Assembly: GCA_963695875.1 (NCBI GenBank)
Contig: CAVOID010000011.1
Location: 1 to 64,000, forward strand
Source of the DNA: an uncultured delta proteobacterium
GTDB taxonomy: Bacteria > Desulfobacterota > Syntrophia > Syntrophales > UBA2185
Reading direction: 5' to 3'
DNA length: 64,000 nucleotides
The notes beneath the pieces are model-generated. The model worked only from the letters and a program-made list of their open reading frames with translations. It was not told the origin of the DNA and searched no databases. The translations under genes and the position numbers were made by a program. Shown here piece after piece: positions 43,142 to 53,436 of the stretch. Positions within the stretch are counted from its first letter, which is position 1, and every line of letters starts with the position of its first letter.

Positions 43142-43492
43142 ATGCATGAACTGTCTGTAACAGAAAGTATCCTTAATATTGTCCTGAAACACGCCCAGAC
43201 AAACAAGGCGGAAAAAGTTCTCACCATAGGTCTTAGGATAGGAGAACTCAGTGAACTTGTCGGTGAATGTATTCAGCACTACTTTGATTATCTCAGCAAG
43301 GGCACCATCGCAGAGGGGGCAACGCTTGATATTGAGAGATCGCCGATTATATTTGAATGCACTGAATGTAAGAACACCTTTCAGGTTTCACTTAGTGAGA
43401 CAAAAGATTTTACATGTCCTGAGTGCCATGGGGTGAAGGTTAGACTGACATCCGGCAGGGAGTTTTATATCAAGGATATAACAATCTCATAG
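43142..43492 (+). CDS. hypA: hydrogenase maturation nickel metallochaperone HypA
   Basis: MHELS, CTEC...CPEC, GREFYI. Confidence 0.93.
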   Translation: MHELSVTESILNIVLKHAQTNKAEKVLTIGLRIGELSELVGECIQHYFDYLSKGTIAEGATLDIERSPIIFECTECKNTFQVSLSETKDFTCPECHGVKVRLTSGREFYIKDITIS

Positions 43493-43518
43493 AATAGAGT
43501 AAATTTGATTCACAACAA

Positions 43519-43579
43519 TGGCGGCTTCGTAAAAGGATGCAGCGCAACACAGCATATGTGCTTTTTACAAAGTCGGCAA
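43519..43579. repeat. degenerate inverted-repeat (MITE/REP-like) element between hypA and hypB
   Basis: GGCTTCGTAAAAG ... CTTTTTACAAAGTC arms. Confidence 0.5.
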
Positions 43580-43594
43580 AATAGAGGTGATATA

Positions 43595-44273
43595 ATGGCA
43601 GACATTCGTTTGATAGAAATCAAGGAGGATATCCTGTCCGATAACAAGGATCTTGCTGATGAGATCAGAGTGAACCTCCGCAGGCATAAGGTTTTCATGC
43701 TGAACCTTATGGCCTCGCCGGGCGGGGGGAAGACAAGCCTTATCGTCAATACGATCCGAAGCATGAAAGACAAATTCAGGATCGGTGTAATCGAAGGTGA
43801 TATAGACTCCGTGGTCGACGCCGAGACGGTCGTCAAGGAGGGCATCCCGGCGGTTCAGCTAAAGACGGGAGGATTTTGTCATCTGGATGCATCTATGATC
43901 AAGATGGCCCTGGATGAGATGGATCTGAAGAATCTCGATCTTGTCATGATCGAAAATATCGGGAACCTTGTCTGCCCCGCGGAATTTGACACGGGCGCCA
44001 ATAAGCAGGCCATGATCCTGAGTGTCCCGGAAGGTGATGACAAGCCCCTCAAGTACCCCCTGATGTTCAGCGTATGCGATATTCTGGTAGTCAATAAAAT
44101 AGATTATATGGGTATTGCTGATTTTGATATGAATGCTTTGAAAGAACGAGTCACTCAAGCTTAATCCCAAAATCAAGATAATCGAGGTATCATGCAAAAC
44201 GGGAGAGGGCATAGAGAAGTGGACCCGCTGGCTCGCGGATGAAATCAACACCTATATGCGTTCTATCAAATAA
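43595..44273 (+). CDS. hypB: hydrogenase nickel-incorporation GTPase HypB (C-terminal frameshift)
   Basis: SPGGGKT, IEGD, CHLDA, ENIGNLVCPA, EGDDKPLKYP, NKID; LNP..SCKTGEG in the shifted frame. Confidence 0.92.
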
Positions 44274-44291
44274 TGAAGAAAGGGATCACCG

Positions 44292-45374
44292 ATGGACGTT
44301 TACGAAAGGCTGCGCGAAATTCTTGATGCCCATCCTTCCGGCGCGCCAAAGTCAAAGGCCTTTGACGAAATCCTTCGTTTTCTCTTTACACCCGAGGAGG
44401 CGGAGATTGCCGTACACATGAGCTTTGCACCCAAACCGGTTGATGACATTGCGTCCGCCGCCGGTATTCCCGCAGATGAAGCAGAGTACACTACTGGAGT
44501 CCATGGCGATAAGGCAGTTATTTTTTCCCGCGAGAAAGACGGCAAACTGTTTTATGGTCTGCTCCCGACCATTCCCGGTTTGTTTGAGTATCCCCTGATG
44601 CGGGGCAAGGGCACACCTCTTCATGAAAGATTAGGGAAGCTCTGGACGAAATACCGCAAAGATGGTCTTAGTGAATCCTTCGCGGGTCAACCCACTCCGG
44701 TGGCGCGCGTTGTGCCCGTCGGGCGCGCTGTAGATGCCACTGTCCACATCCATCCATACGAAGAGGTATCGAAGTTAATCGAGAAGGCGGAATATATCGC
44801 GCTCGGCCGCTGTGCCTGTCGTGCCAGCGTCGGCGCATGTCATGCTCCCATGGAGGTATGTTTCTTTTTTGATGGACCGGCGCGCTTTCTGGTGGAGCGC
44901 CGCTACGCCCGTGAGATAGAGCCGGGAGGAAGCACTTCGTGTCCTGGATAGCGCGGAAGAGGCGGGGCTGGTACATACCAGCAGCAACAGCGCGGATAAA
45001 CCGAGCTTCATCTGTAATTGCTGTCCCTGTTGCTGCATAATCCTGACATGCCGCACCAGGCTCAATTTAGCGCATGGCTTTGCTGATGAGCGGCTTCCAG
45101 CCTCAGGTTGACAGCGATCTCCTGCACCGGATGCGGTATCTGCGCGGATGAGCGGTGTCCTATGCGTGCTGTTGAATTAAAGAATAACTTGGCAGTAGTC
45201 GATATAGAAAGGTGTATAGGCTGCGGACTCTGTGTTTCTGCATGTCCGGCGAAAGCCATGATCTTAGTGAGGCGCAGCGAGCAACCGGACATACCTGCTA
45301 CATCTCAGAAAATGGGAATGAAGGTGTTAAAGGAAAAAGGGAAACTGGAACGTTTTTTAGAAATTATAAAATGA
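44292..45374 (+). CDS. HTH plus multi-Cys 4Fe-4S dicluster protein (frameshifted)
   Basis: LFTPEEA, CACR, ICNCCPCCC, CTGCGICADERCP, CIGCGLCVSACP. Confidence 0.75.
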
Positions 45375-45691
45375 CAATATCAGTGTTTCCGAAAAAAAAT
45401 TGAAAAAATAAAAAAAATTGCTTGATTAATTTAATGAAATTAGCTATAAAAAATTCGCATATAAAATAAAAGTGAGGGGAAATAAAAAAGGCATCCTGAC
45501 AGGTCATACTACTAAATTCCGTACCCAGAATATTATGTTTCTGCGGAGCTGTTAGGAGATACCATAGTTGCACTGTCAACTTCCTGGAGCGATGACCATA
45601 TCCCGATTTGAGCGGGGTTCGGTCCGGCTTCTAAAAATATGTAGGTTATTATCAACTGCTCCAGGAGCAGTACGTGAGGGGGTAGTGCAAC

Positions 45692-46715
45692 ATGTCTTTA
45701 ACCAGAAGACGCACCGATCTGCCGGTCCTGTTACTTCATAATATCGATCAAACATGGGATCCGGCCGATATATATCTCGCACTCCAGGAAGCTGCAAAGC
45801 TTGAGTCAGCCCTTCAATCAGAGGGACATCCAGTCAACAATATCCCCGTTTGCAATACTGATCTTGGCGCGTGTCTTAGTTGTTACGATCCTGACCAATA
45901 TATAGTCTTCAACTGGTGTGAAGATATTCCCGGTATACCGCACAGCGAAGCACTTGCCGCCAGGATACTGGAGCAGTATAATTTTACTTATACAGGTTCA
46001 ACACCCACTGCGTTACATTCATGCTGGGATAAACAGGAAGTAAAACACCTGCTGGAAAAAGCTGATGTGCCGACACCGCATTGGCGTATTTATGATTCTC
46101 CCGACATCGATAATTGGCGTTGCTTTCCGGCCATTGTGAAACCATCACGCGAACACTGTAGTTATGGGGTGACTACCGATGCCGTAGTTATGTCGCCAGA
46201 TGAACTGAAGGATCGGATTCTTTACATACTTGATGTCTTCCGTCAACCCGTTCTTGTTGAGGATTTTATTGATGGGCGGGAATTTCATGTTTCTCTCTGG
46301 GGTAACGGTTTCATTGAGATGCTGCCGCCGGCCGAAATGGATTTTGTTGCCTTTGACAATGTACGTGACCGTCTTTGCACATACGATTCAAAATTCAAGC
46401 CAGGCTCATCCCATTATATGAAGATCGGCCTGCAATTGCCAGCGCCTCTGAATGAAGATGAGCATGAACGGTTGAGGCAGACCAGTATTCTGGCATACAG
46501 AACTATTGGTTGTCGTGACTACGCCCGGCTCGACATCAGGCTCCGGGATGGTATTTTTTACATCCTGGATGTTAACCCCAATTCTGACATCAGTGCCGAA
46601 GCCAGTACGGCGTGCGCTGCCGAATTTGCAGGCTACTCACATGGAGCAGATGATCAGCCATATCGTCAACCTTGCCGCCCAGCGTCATCCCGTCTTTAGA
46701 AAATACTATATATAA
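45692..46715 (+). CDS. D-Ala-D-Ala-ligase-family ATP-grasp enzyme (C-terminal frameshift)
   Basis: FNWCE, YTGS, DK, IVKP..E..S.G, VEDFIDGREF, CRDYARLDIR, DVNPN. Confidence 0.8.
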
Positions 46716-46734
46716 AAAGAAAGCCGTATAGGAA

Positions 46735-47364
46735 TCAGGTTATCATCTTCACATACTGAGGCGCCTGCTCAAGCATATGAAATCCGCCATACGACTTGCC
46801 GGAGGGATAATATTCAGCGCCAAATTGAATCTTGCCTGCCGTTTTTTCGCCTGCGATACTTTCGATAAACGCTAATGCCAGGTCGATGCCGGCGGAAACA
46901 CCCGCGGATGTCCAGATATTTCCGTCACGGACAATACGATCCTCAATCACTACAACGTCACCTAATTCACGTAACCGTGGGAGCGAAGCCCAATGGGTGG
47001 TGGCGCGTCGGCCCGAGAGCAGTCCCGCACGATGAAGAATGAAGGCGCCCGTGCAGACGGATAGCACTGCCTGACAATTTTTCGCCTGCGCACCGACGAA
47101 ATTAACCAGGATATTATTATCCACCTCCTTGCGGGTACCTTCACCGCCCGGTACCAGGAGGTAATCCAGTGTGGGACACTCCGAAAAGGTTATGTGGGGA
47201 TTAATCGACATGCCCTTGGCGCAGATCACGGGCTCCGGTTTCTCTGCGACCATAAAGCATCTCTCAGGCCCCTGGGCAAGTCTGCTCCAGAGAGAGACCA
47301 TTTCCCATGGCCCGACCAGGTCAAGCTCTTCCAGTCCCGGAAAAATCAGAAATGCAAAATTCAT
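46735..47364 (-). CDS. DJ-1/PfpI family protein
   Basis: EELDLVGP, VPGG, SVCTG, ATTHW, TSAGVSAGID. Confidence 0.88.
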   Translation of the reverse strand: MNFAFLIFPGLEELDLVGPWEMVSLWSRLAQGPERCFMVAEKPEPVICAKGMSINPHITFSECPTLDYLLVPGGEGTRKEVDNNILVNFVGAQAKNCQAVLSVCTGAFILHRAGLLSGRRATTHWASLPRLRELGDVVVIEDRIVRDGNIWTSAGVSAGIDLALAFIESIAGEKTAGKIQFGAEYYPSGKSYGGFHMLEQAPQYVKMIT

Positions 47365-47552
47365 ATCGCACCTCCAGCCGTCCCATAAGCATCTCGCTGG
47401 TTCAAGAAAGAGATTTGAACCATCAAAAGAGAACCTTGATATTTCCCCCTCCCCTTAATCCTCTGTACAGACCGGAGAGGGAAAACCATGCATGTCATAT
47501 TGGTTCAAGACAAAGACTTGGACCAATGATGTTATTTAATAATAAGATAGCT

Positions 47553-47600
47553 GTCACCCTGAGTTTATCGAAGGGCCATGCTTTGACAGCTCAGTATGAC
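47553..47600. repeat. REP-like palindrome GTCACCCTGAG...CTCAGTATGAC
   Basis: imperfect hairpin with TCGAAG/CTTTGA inner arms. Confidence 0.55.
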
Positions 47601-47620
47601 GATACATTTTCATGACCGGG

Positions 47621-47721
47621 AGCACAACCCGCAAGCCCCGCCTTGTAGGCGGGGATAAGGGGTGCAATGCAAGCATAGTTTCCTTTCCGGGAAGCCCCGG
47701 CCTGTGGGCGGGGAGCTTCAC
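47621..47721 (+). mobile_element. non-autonomous IS200/IS605-type end pair (PATE/MITE-like)
   Basis: two AAGCCCCG..GCGGGG hairpins, the second ending GGGGAGCTTCAC; no ORF between them. Confidence 0.6.
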
Positions 47722-47750
47722 TTTATGGTGCTCCCACCGGTGCATGGGGA

Positions 47751-50066
47751 TTACCGCATTACCTGCGCACCCGCGCAGACGGCCTGGCCGAGGGAGATGC
47801 AGCCGTCATTGGTCGGCAATACATCATGAAAAAATACATCGAAGCCGGCTTTCTCAAGTTCCGCAATCGTTCCCTCCGTGAGGATGCGGTTTTGAAAGCA
47901 CCCTCCGCTGAGGACAACCCGGTCGATTCCCGTGCGCCTCCGTATCGCTTCCGCCATACCGCGAAAGACAACCGACAGGGTCATATGGAAGGCGTAAGCA
48001 ATTTCCGCTCTGCTCCTCCCTGCCATTATCTCATCCACAATTTTCCGGATCATAGGCGAAAAGTCCAGACAGAAAACATTTCCCGTCTCGCGTATATCAA
48101 ACGGTAACAAGACATCCGTCTTTCCCTTCGCCATTGCTTCGAGTTCCATCGCGGCCTGTCCTTCAAAGGTTACCGTCTTGACGGACTCCCAGAAGGGCGG
48201 CAACACCGTCAAAGAGCCTCCCCAGGCTCGATGTCAACGGGGAATTAAACTTTTGCGCCATGATTCTGTTCATCGTTTCATAATAACTGTTCTCCGGAAC
48301 GATCTGTAATTCCTCCGCTGCTTCCTGCCAGTTATCGCCGTATGCTTCTCTCAGGAGACTCACCGCAATGCGCCACGGCTCCCGGATGGCCTTCTCCCCG
48401 CCGGGAAGGAGATAATTCATGATATGGCCGATGCGCGTGAAGGCCGCTTCTTCGGCAACGAGGAATTCCCCGCCCCACACGGTGCCGTCCAGACCGTATC
48501 CGGTTCCGTCCATGGCCACGCCGATGACCTCTCCCTCGATGCCGTGTTCCGCCATGGCGCTCACGATATGCGCATGGTGATGCTGGACCTTGATAATGCG
48601 GGAAGCGGGAAGCTCTTCGGCGAGCTTAGTGGTGTAATAGGCCGGATGGAGATCACACGCAATGATGTCGGGCTTGCACTCTGCAATTTTCTGCATGAGG
48701 GTGAGGCTCTCCTGATGAAAGTCCCGCGCCTCCGGCGTTTCCATATCGCCGATGTGGGGGCTTACAGAATGCAAGTGTCCCTTTCAAAATGCAGAGGGTC
48801 GTTTTCATCTGCGGTCCCAGGGCAAGAATTTCGGGATAAGATTTTTTCAGGGTGATAGGCTTCGGGGCAAATCCCCTCGACCGTCGGAGCATTCTTTTCT
48901 TTCCCGCCGATACCGTGAGCGATGGAATCATCACACCGCACGAGGATATCCCTGTTATGGACGAGGAAGTAATCCGCTATGCCTTTTAAGCGCTTTATGG
49001 CTTCCCTGTTTGCAATGCAGATGGGTTCATCCACCTGGTTGGCACTTGTCATGATCGAGGGCCTGAAAATGCTTCTCCAGAAGCATATGATGCAAGCGGG
49101 GTGTACGGGAGCATGATCCCCAGATCGGATACGCCGGGGGCAACAGCAGGGGAGATCGTATCTGTTTCCCTTCTTCCCGGCAAGGACTATCGGCCGCTGG
49201 GGAGACAGACAGTAGCGCCTCTTCCTCCTTTCCTATCCGGGAAATGCGTGCAGCCGACATCGATGTCCTTTACCATGATGGCCAGAGGTTTTTCTTCCCT
49301 GAATTTCCGTCGATCTCAATCTCTTTATGGCTTCATCATTGGCAGCATCAACGGCAAGGTGAAAACCCCCCAGGCCTTTTATGGCGACCACGTATCCTTC
49401 GAGAAGCAAGTTCCACGGTCTTCCGGAGGGGGTCTTTTTCCGGCAGCGTATTACCGGCTTCATCAAGCAGTGTAAGTGACGGCCCGCAGTCAGGACAGGC
49501 ATTAGGTTCCGCGTGGAAACGGCGGTCCGCCGGATTTTCATATTCCTCCCGGCACGAGGGACACATGGGAAAACAGAACATGGACGTGTTTATCCGGTCG
49601 TAGGGGACATCTTTGATAATCGTCAGCCGCGGGCCGCAGTTTGTGCAGTTGATAAAGGGATAACGGAATCTTCGATCTTTGACGTCAAAAAGTTCTTCAT
49701 AGCATTCACCGCACGTAGCGATATCCGGTGTAATATACACTTTTCCGAGTCCGCCGGTTTCACTTTCAATTATCCGGAATACCTTATCGTGCTTGATTTC
49801 TATCTCTTCGCGGGAAAGATGAGAAACATCGGCAAGTGGGGGGAGTTCTTTATTTACTCCGGATATGAAGGAAAGAATTGATTCTTCCGGAGCCTTCCAC
49901 CTCCGCAATGACCCCATCAGAGCGGTTCTGAACGAAACCCGATCAGCGAATGTCTTGCTGCTATTCGATAGATGAAGGGACGAAATCCCACGCCCTGGAC
50001 AATGCCGGAGAAATGGTAGCGTACCCTCTTAATCACGTCACTTTTTATGCTCCCATACTCCGTCAT
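47751..50066 (-). CDS. hypF: carbamoyltransferase HypF (many frameshifts)
   Basis: GIVQGVGFRPF, DIATC..C, YPFINCTNCGPR, RRFHAEP, KGLGGFHL, DLHP.Y, QHHHAH, DGTGYG, TSSLGRLFD, SGGCFQN, NDGCISLGQ. Confidence 0.9.
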
Positions 50067-50111
50067 TTAAAACTTCACTTGGTTTTCCCATCCATAAAGG
50101 AATAGGAGGTT

Positions 50112-51209
50112 TTATGAATCAAGATGGTACTTGTAATAAGCCGCACAGGTGCCCTCGTAAGAGACCATGCAGGGACCTATGGGATTGGTGGGGGTGCAGG
50201 TCTTTCTGAATAAGGAACACTGCTGGGGCAGCATGATTCCTTTAAGGACGTCCCCGCAGCCGCAACCCTTGATCTCTACTGAGTGGATCGGGGGAATTTC
50301 AAATCTTTCAAGTGCATCGTACATCTTATATTCATCGCGGAGCGAAAGACCACTTCCAGGTATTTTGCCAAGTCCTCGCCATTCGGCATCTCCCGTCCGG
50401 AAGACCTTGTACATCATCTCCCGCGCACGGGGGTTCCCTTCCTTCTTGACTCCCCTTGTGTACTGTATGGCAATCTCTTTTTTACCTTCCGCAATCTGGC
50501 CGAGGATCATCAGAATTCCTTCCAGGATATCGACAGGCTCAAAACCCGTAATTACGGCAGCCCTTCCTGCTTCCGTAATTATCCTATATGGATCGGTGCC
50601 GATGATGGTGCTTACATGCCCCGGACAGATGAAGCCATCAATGTTAAGGGAAGGGTCATCGATAAGGGCCTTTAGGGCAGGGGGCACGATTTTGTGCACA
50701 CAGAAAATGGAAAAGTTTTTGATCCCCTTTTTCCGGCTCAGATCCACGGCAGCAGCTATCGTAGGAGCGGTTGTTTCAAAACCGATTCCCATCATGATCA
50801 CTTCCTTGCCTTTGTTCTTCTCCGCGATATCGATACAGTCTGCGGCTGATGCCACAACCCGGATGTCTGCGCCCTCCGCCCGTGATTTTTGCAGGCTTGT
50901 GCGATTCGTACCCGGCACCCTGAGCATATCGCCGAAAGTGGCAAAGATCACATTCTTCAGCTCGGCCAGATAGAGGGCCTTGTCCACATCGTTAATCGAT
51001 GTGACACAAACCGGGCAGCCTGGTCCCGAAACGAGCCTGATATTTGCAGGCAACAGCTTCTTGATTCCGAAGCGGCCGATCACATGCGTATGGGTTCCGC
51101 AGATTTCCATTAAAGTGACATCTTTGTTTATTTTGCGTGCACGCTTTTCTATGGCGGCTATAAGGTCCTTGACAAGAGACCGATCTCTGTATTCATCTAT
51201 ATATTTCAT
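50112..51209 (-). CDS. hypD: hydrogenase formation protein HypD
   Basis: MEICGTHT, GPGCPVC, GFETT, PGHVS, GPCMVS.EG.C. Confidence 0.95.
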   Translation of the reverse strand: MKYIDEYRDRSLVKDLIAAIEKRARKINKDVTLMEICGTHTHVIGRFGIKKLLPANIRLVSGPGCPVCVTSINDVDKALYLAELKNVIFATFGDMLRVPGTNRTSLQKSRAEGADIRVVASAADCIDIAEKNKGKEVIMMGIGFETTAPTIAAAVDLSRKKGIKNFSIFCVHKIVPPALKALIDDPSLNIDGFICPGHVSTIIGTDPYRIITEAGRAAVITGFEPVDILEGILMILGQIAEGKKEIAIQYTRGVKKEGNPRAREMMYKVFRTGDAEWRGLGKIPGSGLSLRDEYKMYDALERFEIPPIHSVEIKGCGCGDVLKGIMLPQQCSLFRKTCTPTNPIGPCMVSYEGTCAAYYKYHLDS

Positions 51210-51477
51210 TTCATACTCTTTTTCAAAATTAGTTCTTTAGAGCTACTCCGTGTTTTTAATATAATCCTTGCTGAACGTGGAAGCAAGAGGAGGCTTCACC
51301 ATGGAAGCATTACTAACATATTTTTTCGATTATTACAAATGACGGTATAAATGAACAGTCCGGGGTTTTCAGGATAGACGCAGGCTGCCGGAGCAAAATC
51401 GCGATAAAGCAGTATATTAAAAAGAACCATGGACTGTGAAGATTTAAAGTGGTATGCCTCTTTACGTCCTCAACTGT

Positions 51478-52659
51478 TTATTTTTTATTACGCCTTAAAT
51501 CGAGGTATCCCAGGGTCGTCTTCCAGAAAGACAGATCATACTTAGTTCTTTCGTACAGCCGTGCATTTATGATCGCAATCCCTGCCATCTCCGCTATTGC
51601 AGAAAGAAAGGCCACCTCTTCCCGGCTATACCGTCTCAGTTCCTTGGAATACAAGCGCAATATCCCTATCACACGCTTCCTCGCAATAATCGGGAGTGAC
51701 AGTATGGAAACAATTCCTTCCTGGGCTTTTTCAGGGAGGTACTCGATCCGCGGATCGGTTCTGGCATCCGCGATCAAAACAGGGGTACCTGCCAGGGTCT
51801 CGCGGATGCTCTTGTCTATATGAAGCGGCCCCTTTTTCAGATAACCCTCGCTCAATCCCTTGGATGCGACCATTTCCAGTTCCCTGGTTGTCTCGTTTAT
51901 AAGGCGAAGTGAGCATGCCTTTACTTTCATTATCGCAAGTACTATTTCGATCACCAGGTCTATCACCTGCCGGGAATCCAGTGTAGATAAGATGGCCTTT
52001 GCGATCGTATGGAGTCCTCTGAAATATTCCAGGCTCCTTGATGGATCAATCGGTTCCAGGGCGAATGACTTTAATTTCTGAGTAGGCCTCTTGGGTTCCT
52101 CCGGAAGTTCAACACCCACCTCCTTGAGGAGGGAAGACAGTTTGATTCCTTCATCTTCGTAGATCTTTGCATTGGCAATAGCCAGACCGCCGATTTCGGC
52201 AAGAGCTGAGACGAACTCTATTTCCTCGTCGCTGAAGTCGCGGGGCTCTCCTGAGTAAAGCCTGAGTACCCCGATGACTTTATCACCGGCAACCACCGGA
52301 ACTGATAGAATGGTATTGATGCCCTCTTCGAGCTTCTCGGCTTTATACTGAATTCTTGGATCCTTGAAAGCGTCCTTGATAACGGTGACCTTTCCCTCCA
52401 ATACTTCCGGGATGCTTCGATCAGAACTCAAGGAGCCTTTGTCCAGATACTTTTTGCTCAGCAGATACGACGCTGCCAACTCCAGGCGGCGAGACTGTTC
52501 GTTCACGAGCCTCAGGCTTCCCGCCTTGGCGTTCAGGGCCCTGACAGTTCTCTTAATCAGGAGTTTGAGAATATCCTCCAAAGACTGCGATGAGAAAATC
52601 GCCTGACTCACATCGAAGAAGGTTCGAAAGTATTCAATTGTTTTATGCTTTACAATCAT
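51478..52659 (-). CDS. tandem GAF-GAF protein without an output domain
   Basis: two homologous ~170-aa units (SLRL.NE..LE..AS..LS..YL.KG; DPRI.Y; IG.LRLYS; AI.NA). Confidence 0.8.
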   Translation of the reverse strand: MIVKHKTIEYFRTFFDVSQAIFSSQSLEDILKLLIKRTVRALNAKAGSLRLVNEQSRRLELAASYLLSKKYLDKGSLSSDRSIPEVLEGKVTVIKDAFKDPRIQYKAEKLEEGINTILSVPVVAGDKVIGVLRLYSGEPRDFSDEEIEFVSALAEIGGLAIANAKIYEDEGIKLSSLLKEVGVELPEEPKRPTQKLKSFALEPIDPSRSLEYFRGLHTIAKAILSTLDSRQVIDLVIEIVLAIMKVKACSLRLINETTRELEMVASKGLSEGYLKKGPLHIDKSIRETLAGTPVLIADARTDPRIEYLPEKAQEGIVSILSLPIIARKRVIGILRLYSKELRRYSREEVAFLSAIAEMAGIAIINARLYERTKYDLSFWKTTLGYLDLRRNKK

Positions 52660-52733
52660 CGTACTTTTCTGGAGAGGACGTCGTACCGAAAATTCTAAAA
52701 AATATTGTCAACTTATATATAAGCGTATTAGTC

Positions 52734-52761
52734 AGTATAGGGAAAAAGGATTATGTGTCAA
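52734..52761 (-). promoter_or_regulatory. sigma70-type promoter of the GAF-GAF gene
   Basis: TTGACA-N16-TATACT on the minus strand. Confidence 0.5.
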
Positions 52762-52814
52762 GGTAAAGAACATCTCCCCTTTTCTATGATTATCATTCGG
52801 CGACATTTTTCAAG

Positions 52815-53402
52815 TTACACATGTCTTGCATCTTTCTTAAAGATGAATCTAAATTTATCACCATCCCATTTGCCTTCGTGTTTCGAACCGTCGGGAAGAG
52901 TTAAAAATCCCTTTCCGTAATACTTGTCTTCTCTCCACTCCCCTTCATACCTGGAGCCGTCCGGGAATGTCAAAATCCCCTTTCCGTGGAACTTATCATT
53001 CTCCCATTCACCGTCATACCTTTTACCGTCCGGAAGAGTTATAATTCCCCTCCCTGCCTTGATGCCACCCTTCCACTGTCCATTGTACCTGCTTCCGTCC
53101 GGCAGGGTCAAAGTCCCCTTTCCCTCGATAACCCCTTCCTTCCATCCACCTTTGTACTGACCGCCATCCAGAAGGACCATAATCCCCTGTCCGGACGGAA
53201 GGCCGTTCTCCCACTCACCCTCATACTTGCTCCCATCAGGCCATTTGAAAGTTCCTTTTCCATGGAAACGTCCTTCCTTAAACTGGCCATCAAACCTGCT
53301 CCCATCCGGGTGGGTATAAATTCCTTTACTGCTATAAGAATCATCCTGCCATTCAAACTCAACTTTTCTCTTATTAGAGATTTTTATTGTCAGCTTTTTC
53401 AA
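52815..53402 (-). CDS. MORN-repeat protein
   Basis: about 7 x 23-aa units YEGEWxxGxxxGxGxxxxPDG. Confidence 0.88.
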   Translation of the reverse strand: MKKLTIKISNKRKVEFEWQDDSYSSKGIYTHPDGSRFDGQFKEGRFHGKGTFKWPDGSKYEGEWENGLPSGQGIMVLLDGGQYKGGWKEGVIEGKGTLTLPDGSRYNGQWKGGIKAGRGIITLPDGKRYDGEWENDKFHGKGILTFPDGSRYEGEWREDKYYGKGFLTLPDGSKHEGKWDGDKFRFIFKKDARHV

Positions 53403-53436
53403 TGTCCTTCACCAGTCCGGCGCATCAGCAATCTCA

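Noticed and set aside
45489..45694. Assignment of the structured leader to 6S RNA, SRP RNA or a known riboswitch
   Set aside because: I could not find the diagnostic motifs of these families; kept only as an unassigned candidate.
47751..50066. hypF as a true pseudogene or programmed frameshift
   Set aside because: All motifs are intact and neighbouring genes show the same indel pattern; sequence error is more likely, though unproven.
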